Part shown: in pieces, positions 35,302 through 42,950 of the stretch
Layout: each line of letters begins with the position of its first letter
Numbering within the stretch: position 1 is the stretch's first letter
Assembly: GCA_944391085.1 (NCBI GenBank)
Contig: CALXSE010000011.1
Location: 4,012 to 68,011, forward strand
Source of the DNA: an uncultured Kiritimatiellota bacterium
GTDB lineage: Bacteria; Verrucomicrobiota; Kiritimatiellia; RFP12; DVOR01
DNA length: 64,000 bases
Direction: 5' to 3'
The notes under the pieces: model-generated
The model's database searches: none
Seen by the model: only the letters and a program-made list of their open reading frames with translations
Told to the model about the DNA's origin: nothing
Translations under genes and position numbers: made by a program

Positions 35302-36021
35302 TCAAAGATCCAAGGTCATCTGGACAACGCCCGGGGCGACCGCCTCCACGGCGCGGCGTACCCCGGGCGGCGGGGCGTCGGCAGACAAGGGCGCGAGCGC
35401 ATGGTAGGGCACGGGGGGAAAGGCGTTGTTGGGGAGGGCCGCGAACGGAAGACTGTCCGAATCGTCGAGCAAATCGGCGAGGGAACACTCCGCGCGGGCC
35501 ACGGCGTCGCCCTGCCACCGCCACTCGGTGAAGACGATCGGCGGGTGGGTCTCCGTCCCCTCGGGGTGGAGCGTATCGCCCAGGACGATGTTCCGCTCCA
35601 GGACAAAGCGGGCGGCGGCCAGATAGACGGGGAATTGACGTTGCCCGCGCAGGCGCTTGCCGTGCGCCGCCTCCCAGCGGGCGAGGAGCGCGGCGCGGCA
35701 GGCGGCCACGTTGTCGGGCAGGATGTCGATGCCGTAGAGCGAGGTCAACGCCTCGAAGGCCGCGCGGCGGAAGCGGGCCGTATCGTTGCGGCCGCCGACC
35801 AGCCGGCGCGCCGCGCGCAGTTTCCGCCTGAAAATCTCGACCAGGAAGTTGCCGTCGCCGCAGGCGGGCTCAAGGAAGCGGGCGCCCACGTCGGCGCATT
35901 GGGCGGCCACCAAATCGCACATGTCGCGGACGAGCCAATCGGGGGTAAAGACCTCCCCATGGTCCCGCACGCGTTTACGGGACTTGATCAGTCTCTGTTC
36001 CGTCTCCCTGGCCTTCGCCAT
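35302..36021 (-). CDS. methyltransferase-like protein: SAM-binding N-terminal module only, motif IV degenerate
   Basis: EVFTPDWLVRDM (motif X), FLEPACGDGNFL (motif I) and LYGIDI (motif II). Where NPPY is expected the sequence reads THPPIV. ATG at 36021; the track start at 36024 is a TTG. Confidence 0.7.
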   Translation of the reverse strand: MAKARETEQRLIKSRKRVRDHGEVFTPDWLVRDMCDLVAAQCADVGARFLEPACGDGNFLVEIFRRKLRAARRLVGGRNDTARFRRAAFEALTSLYGIDILPDNVAACRAALLARWEAAHGKRLRGQRQFPVYLAAARFVLERNIVLGDTLHPEGTETHPPIVFTEWRWQGDAVARAECSLADLLDDSDSLPFAALPNNAFPPVPYHALAPLSADAPPPGVRRAVEAVAPGVVQMTLDL

Positions 36022-36051
36022 CAAAAAAGCACGCCTTCCTTGTCCGTGCTT
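36022..36051 (-). terminator. terminator-like hairpin plus U-run immediately before the first gene of the R-M-like operon
   Basis: Minus strand AAGCACG-gacaaggaagg-CGTGCTT followed by TTTTG, then the ATG. It shares 4 nt with the long stem at 36048..36166. Confidence 0.4.
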
Positions 36052-36166
36052 TAGCTGAGGCCTTCGGAGCCCTTAAAAGAACACGCACAAAGAAGACGTG
36101 CCACAACGGCACGCCTTGCTCGACATGTTGCCCTTTTAATGAAAGTTCCGAAGTTTCAGCTAAAGC
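36048..36166. repeat. 119-bp imperfect inverted-repeat element (about 25 bp pairable arms plus an apical hairpin), low GC
   Basis: GCTTTAGCTGA (36048-58) pairs with TCAGCTAAAGC (36156-66). CTTCGGA (36062-68) pairs with TCCGAAG (36147-53). TTAAAAG (36073-79) pairs with CTTTTAA (36133-39). An apical hairpin CGTGCC/GGCACG lies at 36097-36113. Confidence 0.6.
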
Positions 36167-36221
36167 AACCGTATCTGCGCAAAGCGCAAACAAAGCCGCG
36201 GCTTTCCCGCGACGTGCCTTC

Positions 36222-36233
36222 AAGGTAACAAAA
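36222..36233 (-). promoter_or_regulatory. possible extended -10 (TTTTGTTACCTT) for the R-M-like operon leader
   Basis: Weaker motif match about 200 nt upstream of the ATG at 36021. Confidence 0.3.
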
Positions 36234-36264
36234 GCGAAGGGGTTCAGGCAAGCCGGGCGGGCGG

Positions 36265-37017
36265 TCAAACGCGCAGGGGGCGGGCGAGGGCAAGGACGTA
36301 GACGCGCTTGGCGCCGGCGCGGCGCAGAAGCCGGGCGCAGGCGTCGCAGGTGGCGCCGGTGGTGAGGACGTCGTCGACAAGGAGCAGCGTCTTGCCGCGG
36401 AGGCGGTCGGGATGGGCGGGGCGGAAGGCGGCCTCGGCGTTGCGCAGGCGCTCGGCGCGGCCCAGGCGCGTCTGCGAGGGGACGCCGGTGGAGACGCGGC
36501 GCAGGAGCCCGGCGCGGCAGGGGAGGTGGAGCTGGCGGGCCAGCTCGCGGGCGAGCAGCTCGGCCTGGTTGTAGCCGCGGGCGCCGCGCTTGCGCCGGAG
36601 CATGGGGACGGGGACGACGGCGTCGATGCGGGGGCGCAGGGGGGCAAGGCGGTCAAGGTAGAGGGCCACGAGCAGGCGCGCGAGGTCGCGGGTGAGCCAG
36701 ATGCCGCCGTGGTATTTGAAGTCGTGGACAAGCCGACGGACGTCGCCCTCGTACCGCGCGGCGACGAAGGCGCGCTCAAAGGCGGGGCGGTGGCGGAGGC
36801 AGTCCGAGCAGACGAAGTCGGGCCCCTCCGGCATGGCCGACTCGGCGCCGCAGATCAGGCAGGAGGGGTTGCGCCGCAGGGGCAGGCGCCCCAGGCAGTC
36901 CAGGCAGACGTAGCCATCGCCGGAGGGGCGGCCGCAGAAGAGGCAGTCGCGCGGGTAGAGCGCGTCGAGCGCCCAGCCGCCCCACGTGCGCAAGGTCAGA
37001 GCGAGACGCCGAAGCAT
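36265..37017 (-). CDS. comF: ComF family protein (phosphoribosyltransferase domain)
   Basis: Internal ATG at 37017. Contains an N-terminal 4-Cys zinc ribbon (CLFCG...CLDC...CLICG...CSDC) and the PRTase block LLLVDDVLTTGAT. Confidence 0.8.
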   Translation of the reverse strand: MLRRLALTLRTWGGWALDALYPRDCLFCGRPSGDGYVCLDCLGRLPLRRNPSCLICGAESAMPEGPDFVCSDCLRHRPAFERAFVAARYEGDVRRLVHDFKYHGGIWLTRDLARLLVALYLDRLAPLRPRIDAVVPVPMLRRKRGARGYNQAELLARELARQLHLPCRAGLLRRVSTGVPSQTRLGRAERLRNAEAAFRPAHPDRLRGKTLLLVDDVLTTGATCDACARLLRRAGAKRVYVLALARPLRV

Positions 37018-37568
37018 CGCAGGCCCAGCCCCAGCGCCCCGCCCAGGAGGATGAGGGAGACGGCGCCGATCCTGACCCAGTGCGTGAGGGCGAAGAGGGC
37101 GACGGCGAAGCCGGCGGCGGCCCAGTGGAAGGGCTCGCCCGCGGGCAGGAGCGTGTGGCGCAACAGGGTGACGGCGGCCGCGCCGATGAGCCCGACGACC
37201 ACGGGTTTGGCGCCCTCGAGCGCCGCGCGCACGGCCCAGTGGCGCATGGCATAGTGGAAGGCCCCGGCGATGAGCAGGATGATCACCAGCGAAGGCAACA
37301 CCACGCCGCCGGTGCTGCAGAGGCTGCCCAGGAGGGGGCTGAGGCCGTGCTGCCCGGCCACGTGGACGCCGGAGAAGGTGGCGATGTTGATGGCGAAGGG
37401 GCCGGGCGTGCTCTCGGCGATGCCCACGAAGTCGGTGAACTGCTCGGGCGTGACCCACCCGTGGCGCTCGATGAGCTGCTGCTGGATGAGCGGGATCATG
37501 GCGTAGCCGCCGCCGATGGTGAAGAGCCCCACCTTCAGGAAGGTCCAGAAAAGCATCCAGTAGATCAC
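36996..37568 (-). CDS. chrA: chromate transporter family protein (short CHR, second half)
   Basis: LKVGLFTIGGGYAMIPLIQQQLIERHGWVTPEQF is present. ESTPGPFAIN is also present. The likely GTG start at 37568 overlaps the upstream stop (GTGA). An alternative ATG lies at 37556. Confidence 0.75.
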   Translation of the reverse strand: MIYWMLFWTFLKVGLFTIGGGYAMIPLIQQQLIERHGWVTPEQFTDFVGIAESTPGPFAINIATFSGVHVAGQHGLSPLLGSLCSTGGVVLPSLVIILLIAGAFHYAMRHWAVRAALEGAKPVVVGLIGAAAVTLLRHTLLPAGEPFHWAAAGFAVALFALTHWVRIGAVSLILLGGALGLGLRCFGVSL

Positions 37569-38182
37569 GGCCTGCCCCCTTTCAGGCGCGGGCGCACGCC
37601 GTACCACAGCACGCCGTAGAGCAGCCCGCCGACGATGACCCAGAGCGCGTTCCGCCCCAGCACCGCCACGAGCAGGAAGGCCAGGGCGAAGGCAAGCGCG
37701 TTGGCCGCGTTGCGCGGCACGCCGTGCCCCATCCGCAGGAAGGCCCGCGCGATGAGCACGATCGCCGCCACGCGGATGCCGCCCAGCGCCGCCGCCACCC
37801 ACGCATTCTCGCGGAACTGCAGGTAGAAGCCGCTGACGACCACGATGACCAGCCACGCGGGGAAGACGAGCGCCGCCGTGGCGACGCACCCGCCGAGCAC
37901 CCCCGCCAGGCGGTAGCCCACGAAGGTGGCCGTGTTCACGGCGATCGGCCCGGGCGTGCTCTCGCCCACGGTGATGATGTTGAAGAGCTCGTCCTGCGTC
38001 AGCCAGCCCTTCCGGCGCACAAGCTCCTCCTCCAGCAGCGCCACGATCGCGTAACCGCCGCCGAAGGTGATGCCGCCGAACTTCCCGAAGGTCAGCGTCA
38101 GCGCCCACAGGCGCTTGGCGAGCCCGGCTTCTTTCAGGGCGGATTCCGCGGCGGCCTGTCCCGGCTCGGGGGAGCGGCCCAT
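37565..38182 (-). CDS. chrA: chromate transporter family protein (short CHR, first half)
   Basis: FGKFGGITFGGGYAIVALLEEELVRRKGWLTQDEL is present. ESTPGPIAVN is also present. Confidence 0.8.
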   Translation of the reverse strand: MGRSPEPGQAAAESALKEAGLAKRLWALTLTFGKFGGITFGGGYAIVALLEEELVRRKGWLTQDELFNIITVGESTPGPIAVNTATFVGYRLAGVLGGCVATAALVFPAWLVIVVVSGFYLQFRENAWVAAALGGIRVAAIVLIARAFLRMGHGVPRNAANALAFALAFLLVAVLGRNALWVIVGGLLYGVLWYGVRPRLKGGRP

Positions 38183-38183
38183 C

Positions 38184-39473
38184 TCAGAGCCCGGCCTCCA
38201 GGCGCGCCTTGACGGCGGCGAGATCCGTGTCCGCCGGGGCGGCGCCGGACTTCACGGCGGCCTCGGCCACGGCGTAGGAGACGCGCGCGTAGAGGCGTTT
38301 GTCGAAGGCCTTGGGGATGATGTAGCCGGGGCCGAAGGCCAGCCGCTCACCGGGATAGAGCGCCTGCACCTCTGCCGGGACGGGCTCGCGGGCCAGCTCG
38401 GCCAGCGCCCGGCTGGCGGCCACCTTCATCTCGGTATTGATGGTGCGGGCGCGGACGTCGAGGGCGCCGCGGAACAAGAAGGGAAAGCCCAGGACGTTGT
38501 TGATCTGGTTCGGATAGTCCGAGCGGCCCGTGGCCATGACGTAGGGGCGGCCGGCCATCGCCTCGGCCACCGCCGCCGGCTCGATCTCGGGGTCGGGGTT
38601 GGCCATCGCGAAGACGGCGGGGAACTCGGCCATCGCGCGCACGTCCTCGCCGGAGAGCACGCCGGCGGCGGAGACGCCGATGAAGACATGCGCGCCCACG
38701 AGGGCCTCCTTCAGCGTGCGCTTGCCGGTGTCCACGGCGTGGCGGCGCTTGTGCTCGGTGAGATCCGCGCGGTCGGCGCGGATGACGCCCCTGGAATCGC
38801 ACAGCGTCAAATCCCTGACGCCGGCGGCCTTGCACATGTCGGCGATGCGGATGCCCGCGGCCCCGGCGCCGTTGACGACCACGCGCAGCTCGCCCAGCGC
38901 GCGCTTGGCGATGGCCGCGTAGTTGATAAGCCCGGCCACGGTGATGACGGCCGTGCCCCACTGGTCGTCGTGGAAGACGGGGATGTCGAGCTCCTCGTCC
39001 AGCACGCGCTCGATCTCGAAGCACGCGGGCGCGGCGATGTCCTCCAGGTTGATGCCGCCGTACATGGGGGCGATGGCGCGGCAGACCTCGATGACGCGCC
39101 GGGGGTCGGTCTTGCCCGTGTCCTGCCCGCCCTGGCGGCAATGGCCCACCGGCACCGGCCAGGCATCCACCCCCGCAAAGGCCTTGAAGAGCGCCGCCTT
39201 GCCCTCCATCACCGGGATGGAGGCCGCCGCGCCCAAGTCGCCCAGCCCCAGGATGGCCGTGCCGTCGGAGACCACGGCCACCAGGTTGCGCTTCGCGCTG
39301 AGGTCGAAGGCCGCCTTCGGCTCCGCCGCGATGGCCTTCACCGCCTGCGCCACGCCGGGCGTGTAGGCCAGGCACAGATCCTTCTGCGTCGCCAGGGGCC
39401 GCCGCAGCGCCACCCCCACCTTGCCGCCGTCATGGAACGCGAACACCTCTTCCTTGGAAATCTCGATGGCCAT
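38184..39473 (-). CDS. maeB: NAD(P)-dependent malic enzyme (short form, no PTA domain)
   Basis: LAYTPGVAQ...VAVVSDGTAILGLGDLG...PVMEGKAALFKAFAGVDA...VVNGAGAAG. Confidence 0.9.
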   Translation of the reverse strand: MAIEISKEEVFAFHDGGKVGVALRRPLATQKDLCLAYTPGVAQAVKAIAAEPKAAFDLSAKRNLVAVVSDGTAILGLGDLGAAASIPVMEGKAALFKAFAGVDAWPVPVGHCRQGGQDTGKTDPRRVIEVCRAIAPMYGGINLEDIAAPACFEIERVLDEELDIPVFHDDQWGTAVITVAGLINYAAIAKRALGELRVVVNGAGAAGIRIADMCKAAGVRDLTLCDSRGVIRADRADLTEHKRRHAVDTGKRTLKEALVGAHVFIGVSAAGVLSGEDVRAMAEFPAVFAMANPDPEIEPAAVAEAMAGRPYVMATGRSDYPNQINNVLGFPFLFRGALDVRARTINTEMKVAASRALAELAREPVPAEVQALYPGERLAFGPGYIIPKAFDKRLYARVSYAVAEAAVKSGAAPADTDLAAVKARLEAGL

Positions 39474-39502
39474 GTTGCCCGTCCTTTCTGAAAATCCCGC
39501 TC

Positions 39503-39514
39503 AGTATACCAAAA
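39503..39514 (-). promoter_or_regulatory. extended -10 (TTTTGGTATACT) upstream of the malic enzyme operon
   Basis: Motif match 29 nt upstream of the ATG, with an AAAGGA RBS in between. Confidence 0.55.
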
Positions 39515-39619
39515 TCCCACCCCCGCCACAGCCCCCGCCGCCGCGCCGGGAAGGCCGCGCCCCACCCTTCCCCGGCACCCAAGGCCCGCCCGAGGCCCGT
39601 ATCGCCGCGTCGCGGCGGC

Positions 39620-40050
39620 GTCCTGGCGGAGGCAGGGGCACTTCGTGCCGGCCGTTCCGCCACCTCGCCGCGGGTGCTCGCCCAGGCACGGGGCCGGGTA
39701 ACAGCCAACGCCCAGCCCGACGCGCCGGCCACGGGGGCCCGCCCGGGCGCAAGGACAGGCCGCCCTCCCCGCAACTTTGCACGGGTACGCATAGGTTCCG
39801 CCCAGGCACGGGGCCGGGGGCCCCTCCCGCAACGCGTGCGCGGGGCGCGTGGGTCTCGCCCCCAGCCCATCCGGAAACGCCTCCTTGGTCTTGCCCGCAA
39901 CGCTTGCACGGGGACGCGCGCAATCCCGTCCTGAGACGGGGCTGGGTTGTCTTGGCCGGCGCAAGGTCAAGCGTAAACGTGGGGAGCACCCGGGCGCGGG
40001 GGCGGGCCACCCGCACAAGTCTTGCACGGGGCGCATAAACCCCGCCTTGG
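39620..40050. repeat. degenerate ~58-68 bp tandem repeat field
   Basis: CCCGCAAC-n-TTGCACGGGG-like cores start at about 39767, 39825, 39893 and 40010, with a weak copy near 39958. GCCCAGGCACGGGGCCGGG occurs exactly twice, at 39680 and 39800. Confidence 0.5.
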
Positions 40051-40082
40051 GCGCGGGACGCGAAAAAAAGCAAAAAAGGGGA

Positions 40083-40110
40083 TTGACTGAGAGAAAATGT
40101 TTGATATAAT
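40083..40110 (+). promoter_or_regulatory. near-consensus sigma70 promoter TTGACT-16nt-TATAAT (TG-extended)
   Basis: TTGACT lies at 40083-88 and TGaTATAAT at 40102-10. Confidence 0.65.
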
Positions 40111-40116
40111 TTTAGG

Positions 40117-40175
40117 CGTTTTCTGAGATTCATTCTCAGATGCCGCCCACGGGCGGCGGGGCGATGCCCCTTTTG
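40117..40175 (+). ncRNA. three-hairpin RNA element, copy A (candidate sRNA or leader upstream of clpC)
   Basis: Begins with the 5' box TTAGGCGTTTTC. Hairpins lie at 40122-40140, 40142-40157 and 40158-40170, followed by TTTT. A paralogous copy on the minus strand at 50743..50808 shows compensatory stem changes. Confidence 0.5.
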
Positions 40176-40292
40176 CCGCCTTCGCGCGGCGTTCCCACGG
40201 GGGTGGGACAGTCTGCCTTAGCAACGTTTCCGAGCGTCGAAAGGCCCCGGCCTTTGCGCCGCCGCGGGCGCGTCCTGCGCGGGGGGGCGGAT

Positions 40293-40303
40293 TGTGGTAA
40301 AAT
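40293..40303 (+). promoter_or_regulatory. extended -10 (TGTGGTAAAAT), clpC-proximal promoter
   Basis: Motif match 33 nt upstream of the clpC ATG, with an AGTGAGG RBS. Confidence 0.5.
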
Positions 40304-40336
40304 GGCGGGTCAAAAGATTGAAAGTGAGGTTCGAGA

Positions 40337-42928
40337 ATGGAATTGCCGGATTTGAGTGGGTTCTCGCCGAACGCGCGGCGCGTGATGCGCCAGGCGCAGG
40401 TGGTGGCGCAGCGTCTGGGGCACGACCATGTGGGCTCGGAGCATCTGATCGTGGCGCTGGCGGAGGTGGAGTGCCGCGCGCAGGGGATCCTGCGCACGGC
40501 GTTCAGGACGTCGGCCGACGACCTGTGCGTCCGCGTGGAGGCGCAGGTCGCCTCGGGCGGGGTGCAGGAGGCGAACCCGGCGGGGTTGCCGTGGTCGCAG
40601 CGCGTGCGGAAGATCTGCGACGTGGCGCGCATGGTGGCCGAAACGCGCGGGCGCCAGGGGGTGGACACGACGACGCTGCTCTACGCCATCGTGGCGGAGG
40701 GGGGGCTGGGGGCGTTGGTGCTGCGCCAGCTGGGCGTGACGACCGAGGCCCTGGAGCGGTTCATGCCGCAGGTGGACGCGACGGAGCAGGAGTTCGAGGG
40801 CCCCGAGGCGATGAAGCCGGAGCAGGGCCAGGCGAAGCCCGAGGAGGGGAAGGAGCCGAAGAAGACGCCGGCGCTGGACACCTTCGGGCGGGATTTGACG
40901 GAGCTGGCCGCGCGCGGGAGGCTCGACCCGGTGATCGGGCGGGAGGCCGAGCTGCGCCGCCTGATCCAGATCCTGTGCCGCCGGAGCAAGAACAACGCCG
41001 TGCTCATCGGCGAGGCGGGCGTCGGCAAGACGGCGGTGGTGGAGGGGCTGGCCCAGGCCATCGCGGCCGGGGAGGTGCCCGAGGCGATGCTGGGCAAGCG
41101 GGTGGTGGCGCTGGACATGGCGCTGCTGGTGGCCGGGACGCAGTACCGCGGGCAGTTCGAGGAGCGCCTGAAGCGCGTCATCAACGAGGTGGCGCAGGGC
41201 GGGCGGATCATCCTGTTCCTGGACGAGCTGCACACCATCGTGGGGGCGGGCGGCTCCGAGGGCGCGATGGACGCGGCGAACATCATCAAGCCGGCCCTGG
41301 CGCGCGGGGAGTTCCAGTGCATCGGGGCGACGACGCTCAACGAGTACCGCAAGGGCATCGAGAAGGACGCGGCGCTGGAGCGGCGCTTCCAGACGGTGAT
41401 GGTGGAGGAGCCGACGGTGGCGCAGGCCATCGAGATCCTCCGCGGCCTGGCGCCGAAGTACGCCGAGCACCACGGCGTGCGGTATTCGCCCGCGGCGCTG
41501 GAGGCCGCGGTGCGCCTGACGGCGCGTTACCAGCCGGCGCGGCAGCTGCCTGACAAGGCCATCGACGCGATCGACGAGACGGGCTCGCGCCTGCGCCTGG
41601 CCGCCGCGATGCGCCCCGCGCACCTGCGGAAGCTGGAGCAGGAGCTGCGCGCCCTGACCAAGCAGAAGGACGTGGCGGTGGCGGCGGACAACTACGACGC
41701 CGCGGCCGTGCTGCGCGACCGCGAGACGGCCGCCGCCGAACGCTTCGAGGACGAGCTGCGCAAGTGGCAGGGCCGCCGCGGCGCCAAGCGCCTGGTCGTC
41801 TCCGCCGACGCGGTGGCGCAGACGGTGGCGACGATGACGGGCGTGCCCGTGAGCCAGATGACCGAGGGCGACCGCCGGCGGATGCTGGCCCTGGAGCAGG
41901 AGCTTGACGGGCGCGTCATCGGCCAGCACGACGCGGTCTCGGCCGTGGCGCGGGCGCTGCGGCGGGCGCGGGCGGGGATGAAGGACCCCTCGCGGCCGAT
42001 CGGGTCGTTCCTCTTCCTGGGGCCGAGCGGGGTCGGCAAGACGTTGCTGGCCAAGGAATTGGCCAGGGCGCTCTTCGGCGACGCGAAGGCGCTTGTGCAG
42101 CTGGACATGTCGGAGTACATGGAGAAGCACACCGTCAGCCGGCTGGTCGGCTCGCCGCCCGGTTACGTGGGGCACGAGGAGGGCGGGCAACTGACCGAGC
42201 GCGTCCGCCGCCGCCCCTATTGCGTGGTGCTCTTCGACGAGATCGAGAAGGCCCACCCGGACGTGGCGAACACGTTGCTGCAGATCCTGGAGGAGGGCTG
42301 CCTGACCGACGGGCTGGGGCGGCGCGTGGACTTCCGCAACACGGTGGTCATCCTGACCTCGAACCTCGGGTGCAACTTCGCCGGCGAGGCGCCGACGATG
42401 GGCTTCCTGCCCGGCGAGGCGGCCAAGGGCGTGCTGATGGCGCACGAGGCGCTGCGTACGAAGATCCTGGCCGAGGCGCGCAAGGCGCTCAAGCCCGAGC
42501 TGCTCAACCGGTTCGACGAGACCATCGTCTTCCGCGCGCTCGACCGCGAGGCGATGGCGAAGATCCTGGAGGTGGAGCTGGCGGCGGTGCGCAGGCGCCT
42601 GGCCGCGAACGGCATCCACTTTGAGCTCGACGCGGCCGCGGCCAAGCTGGTGCTCGACGAGGGCTTCAGGCCCGAGCAGGGCGCGCGCCCGCTCCGCCGC
42701 GCCATCGAGCGCCTGGTGGAGGACGCGCTGGCCGACGCCGTGCTGCGCGAGGGCCCCGGGAAGGCGCCCTACCTGCTCTCCCCCGGCGAGCCCGGGCCGG
42801 GCGGGGAGCGGCGCCTTGTGGCCACGCCGCGCCCGACGCCCGCCGCCGCGCCGCGCAAGGCCCCGCGCCAGCCGCCCTCGCGCCGCCGCGCCAAGCCCCC
42901 GCTCCCCGCGGCCTCGTCCACCCGCTGA
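40337..42928 (+). CDS. clpC: ATP-dependent Clp protease ATP-binding subunit ClpC
   Basis: Contains Clp_N repeats, two AAA+ modules ([15 protein letters not shown] and [17 protein letters not shown]) and a UVR-like linker. 863 aa. Confidence 0.9.
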   Translation: MELPDLSGFSPNARRVMRQAQVVAQRLGHDHVGSEHLIVALAEVECRAQGILRTAFRTSADDLCVRVEAQVASGGVQEANPAGLPWSQRVRKICDVARMVAETRGRQGVDTTTLLYAIVAEGGLGALVLRQLGVTTEALERFMPQVDATEQEFEGPEAMKPEQGQAKPEEGKEPKKTPALDTFGRDLTELAARGRLDPVIGREAELRRLIQILCRRSKNNAVLIGEAGVGKTAVVEGLAQAIAAGEVPEAMLGKRVVALDMALLVAGTQYRGQFEERLKRVINEVAQGGRIILFLDELHTIVGAGGSEGAMDAANIIKPALARGEFQCIGATTLNEYRKGIEKDAALERRFQTVMVEEPTVAQAIEILRGLAPKYAEHHGVRYSPAALEAAVRLTARYQPARQLPDKAIDAIDETGSRLRLAAAMRPAHLRKLEQELRALTKQKDVAVAADNYDAAAVLRDRETAAAERFEDELRKWQGRRGAKRLVVSADAVAQTVATMTGVPVSQMTEGDRRRMLALEQELDGRVIGQHDAVSAVARALRRARAGMKDPSRPIGSFLFLGPSGVGKTLLAKELARALFGDAKALVQLDMSEYMEKHTVSRLVGSPPGYVGHEEGGQLTERVRRRPYCVVLFDEIEKAHPDVANTLLQILEEGCLTDGLGRRVDFRNTVVILTSNLGCNFAGEAPTMGFLPGEAAKGVLMAHEALRTKILAEARKALKPELLNRFDETIVFRALDREAMAKILEVELAAVRRRLAANGIHFELDAAAAKLVLDEGFRPEQGARPLRRAIERLVEDALADAVLREGPGKAPYLLSPGEPGPGGERRLVATPRPTPAAAPRKAPRQPPSRRRAKPPLPAASSTR

Positions 42929-42950
42929 CCCGCCCACGGAGGGAACGCCC

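Noticed and set aside
31269-36264. Mobile-element boundaries (integrase, transposase, tRNA attachment site, direct repeats) around the R-M-like island.
   Set aside because: I recognised no integrase or transposase ORF, no tRNA gene and no flanking direct repeats. Only the compositional anomaly and the 36048-36166 inverted repeat are seen, so the island is not called a mobile element.
36996-38182. A split chromate transporter read as a frameshifted pseudogene.
   Set aside because: The two ~190-205 aa halves each carry a complete CHR domain (GGGYA...ESTPGP) and are joined by a GTGA start/stop overlap. This matches the known short-chain CHR gene-pair arrangement rather than a disrupted long chrA.
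39620-40050. Possible CRISPR array, given the ~60-bp periodic repeats.
   Set aside because: The repeat copies are only ~60-70% identical and vary in length, with no clean repeat/spacer boundaries. No cas genes lie nearby. The region fits a degenerate tandem repeat or binding-site array better.
40122-40140. The palindrome TCTGAGA-ttcat-TCTCAGA read as a DNA operator site.
   Set aside because: This is possible. However, the paralogous copy at 50780-50793 keeps the pairing and not the sequence (GAGGC/GCCTC). That pattern favours an RNA hairpin over a sequence-specific protein operator.
40304-40330. CtsR operator in front of clpC (GGTCAAAAGATTGAAAG).
   Set aside because: Only the first heptad matches the GGTCAAA direct-repeat consensus, and the second (ATTGAAA) is poor. 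No ctsR gene is present in the window. This is probably chance.
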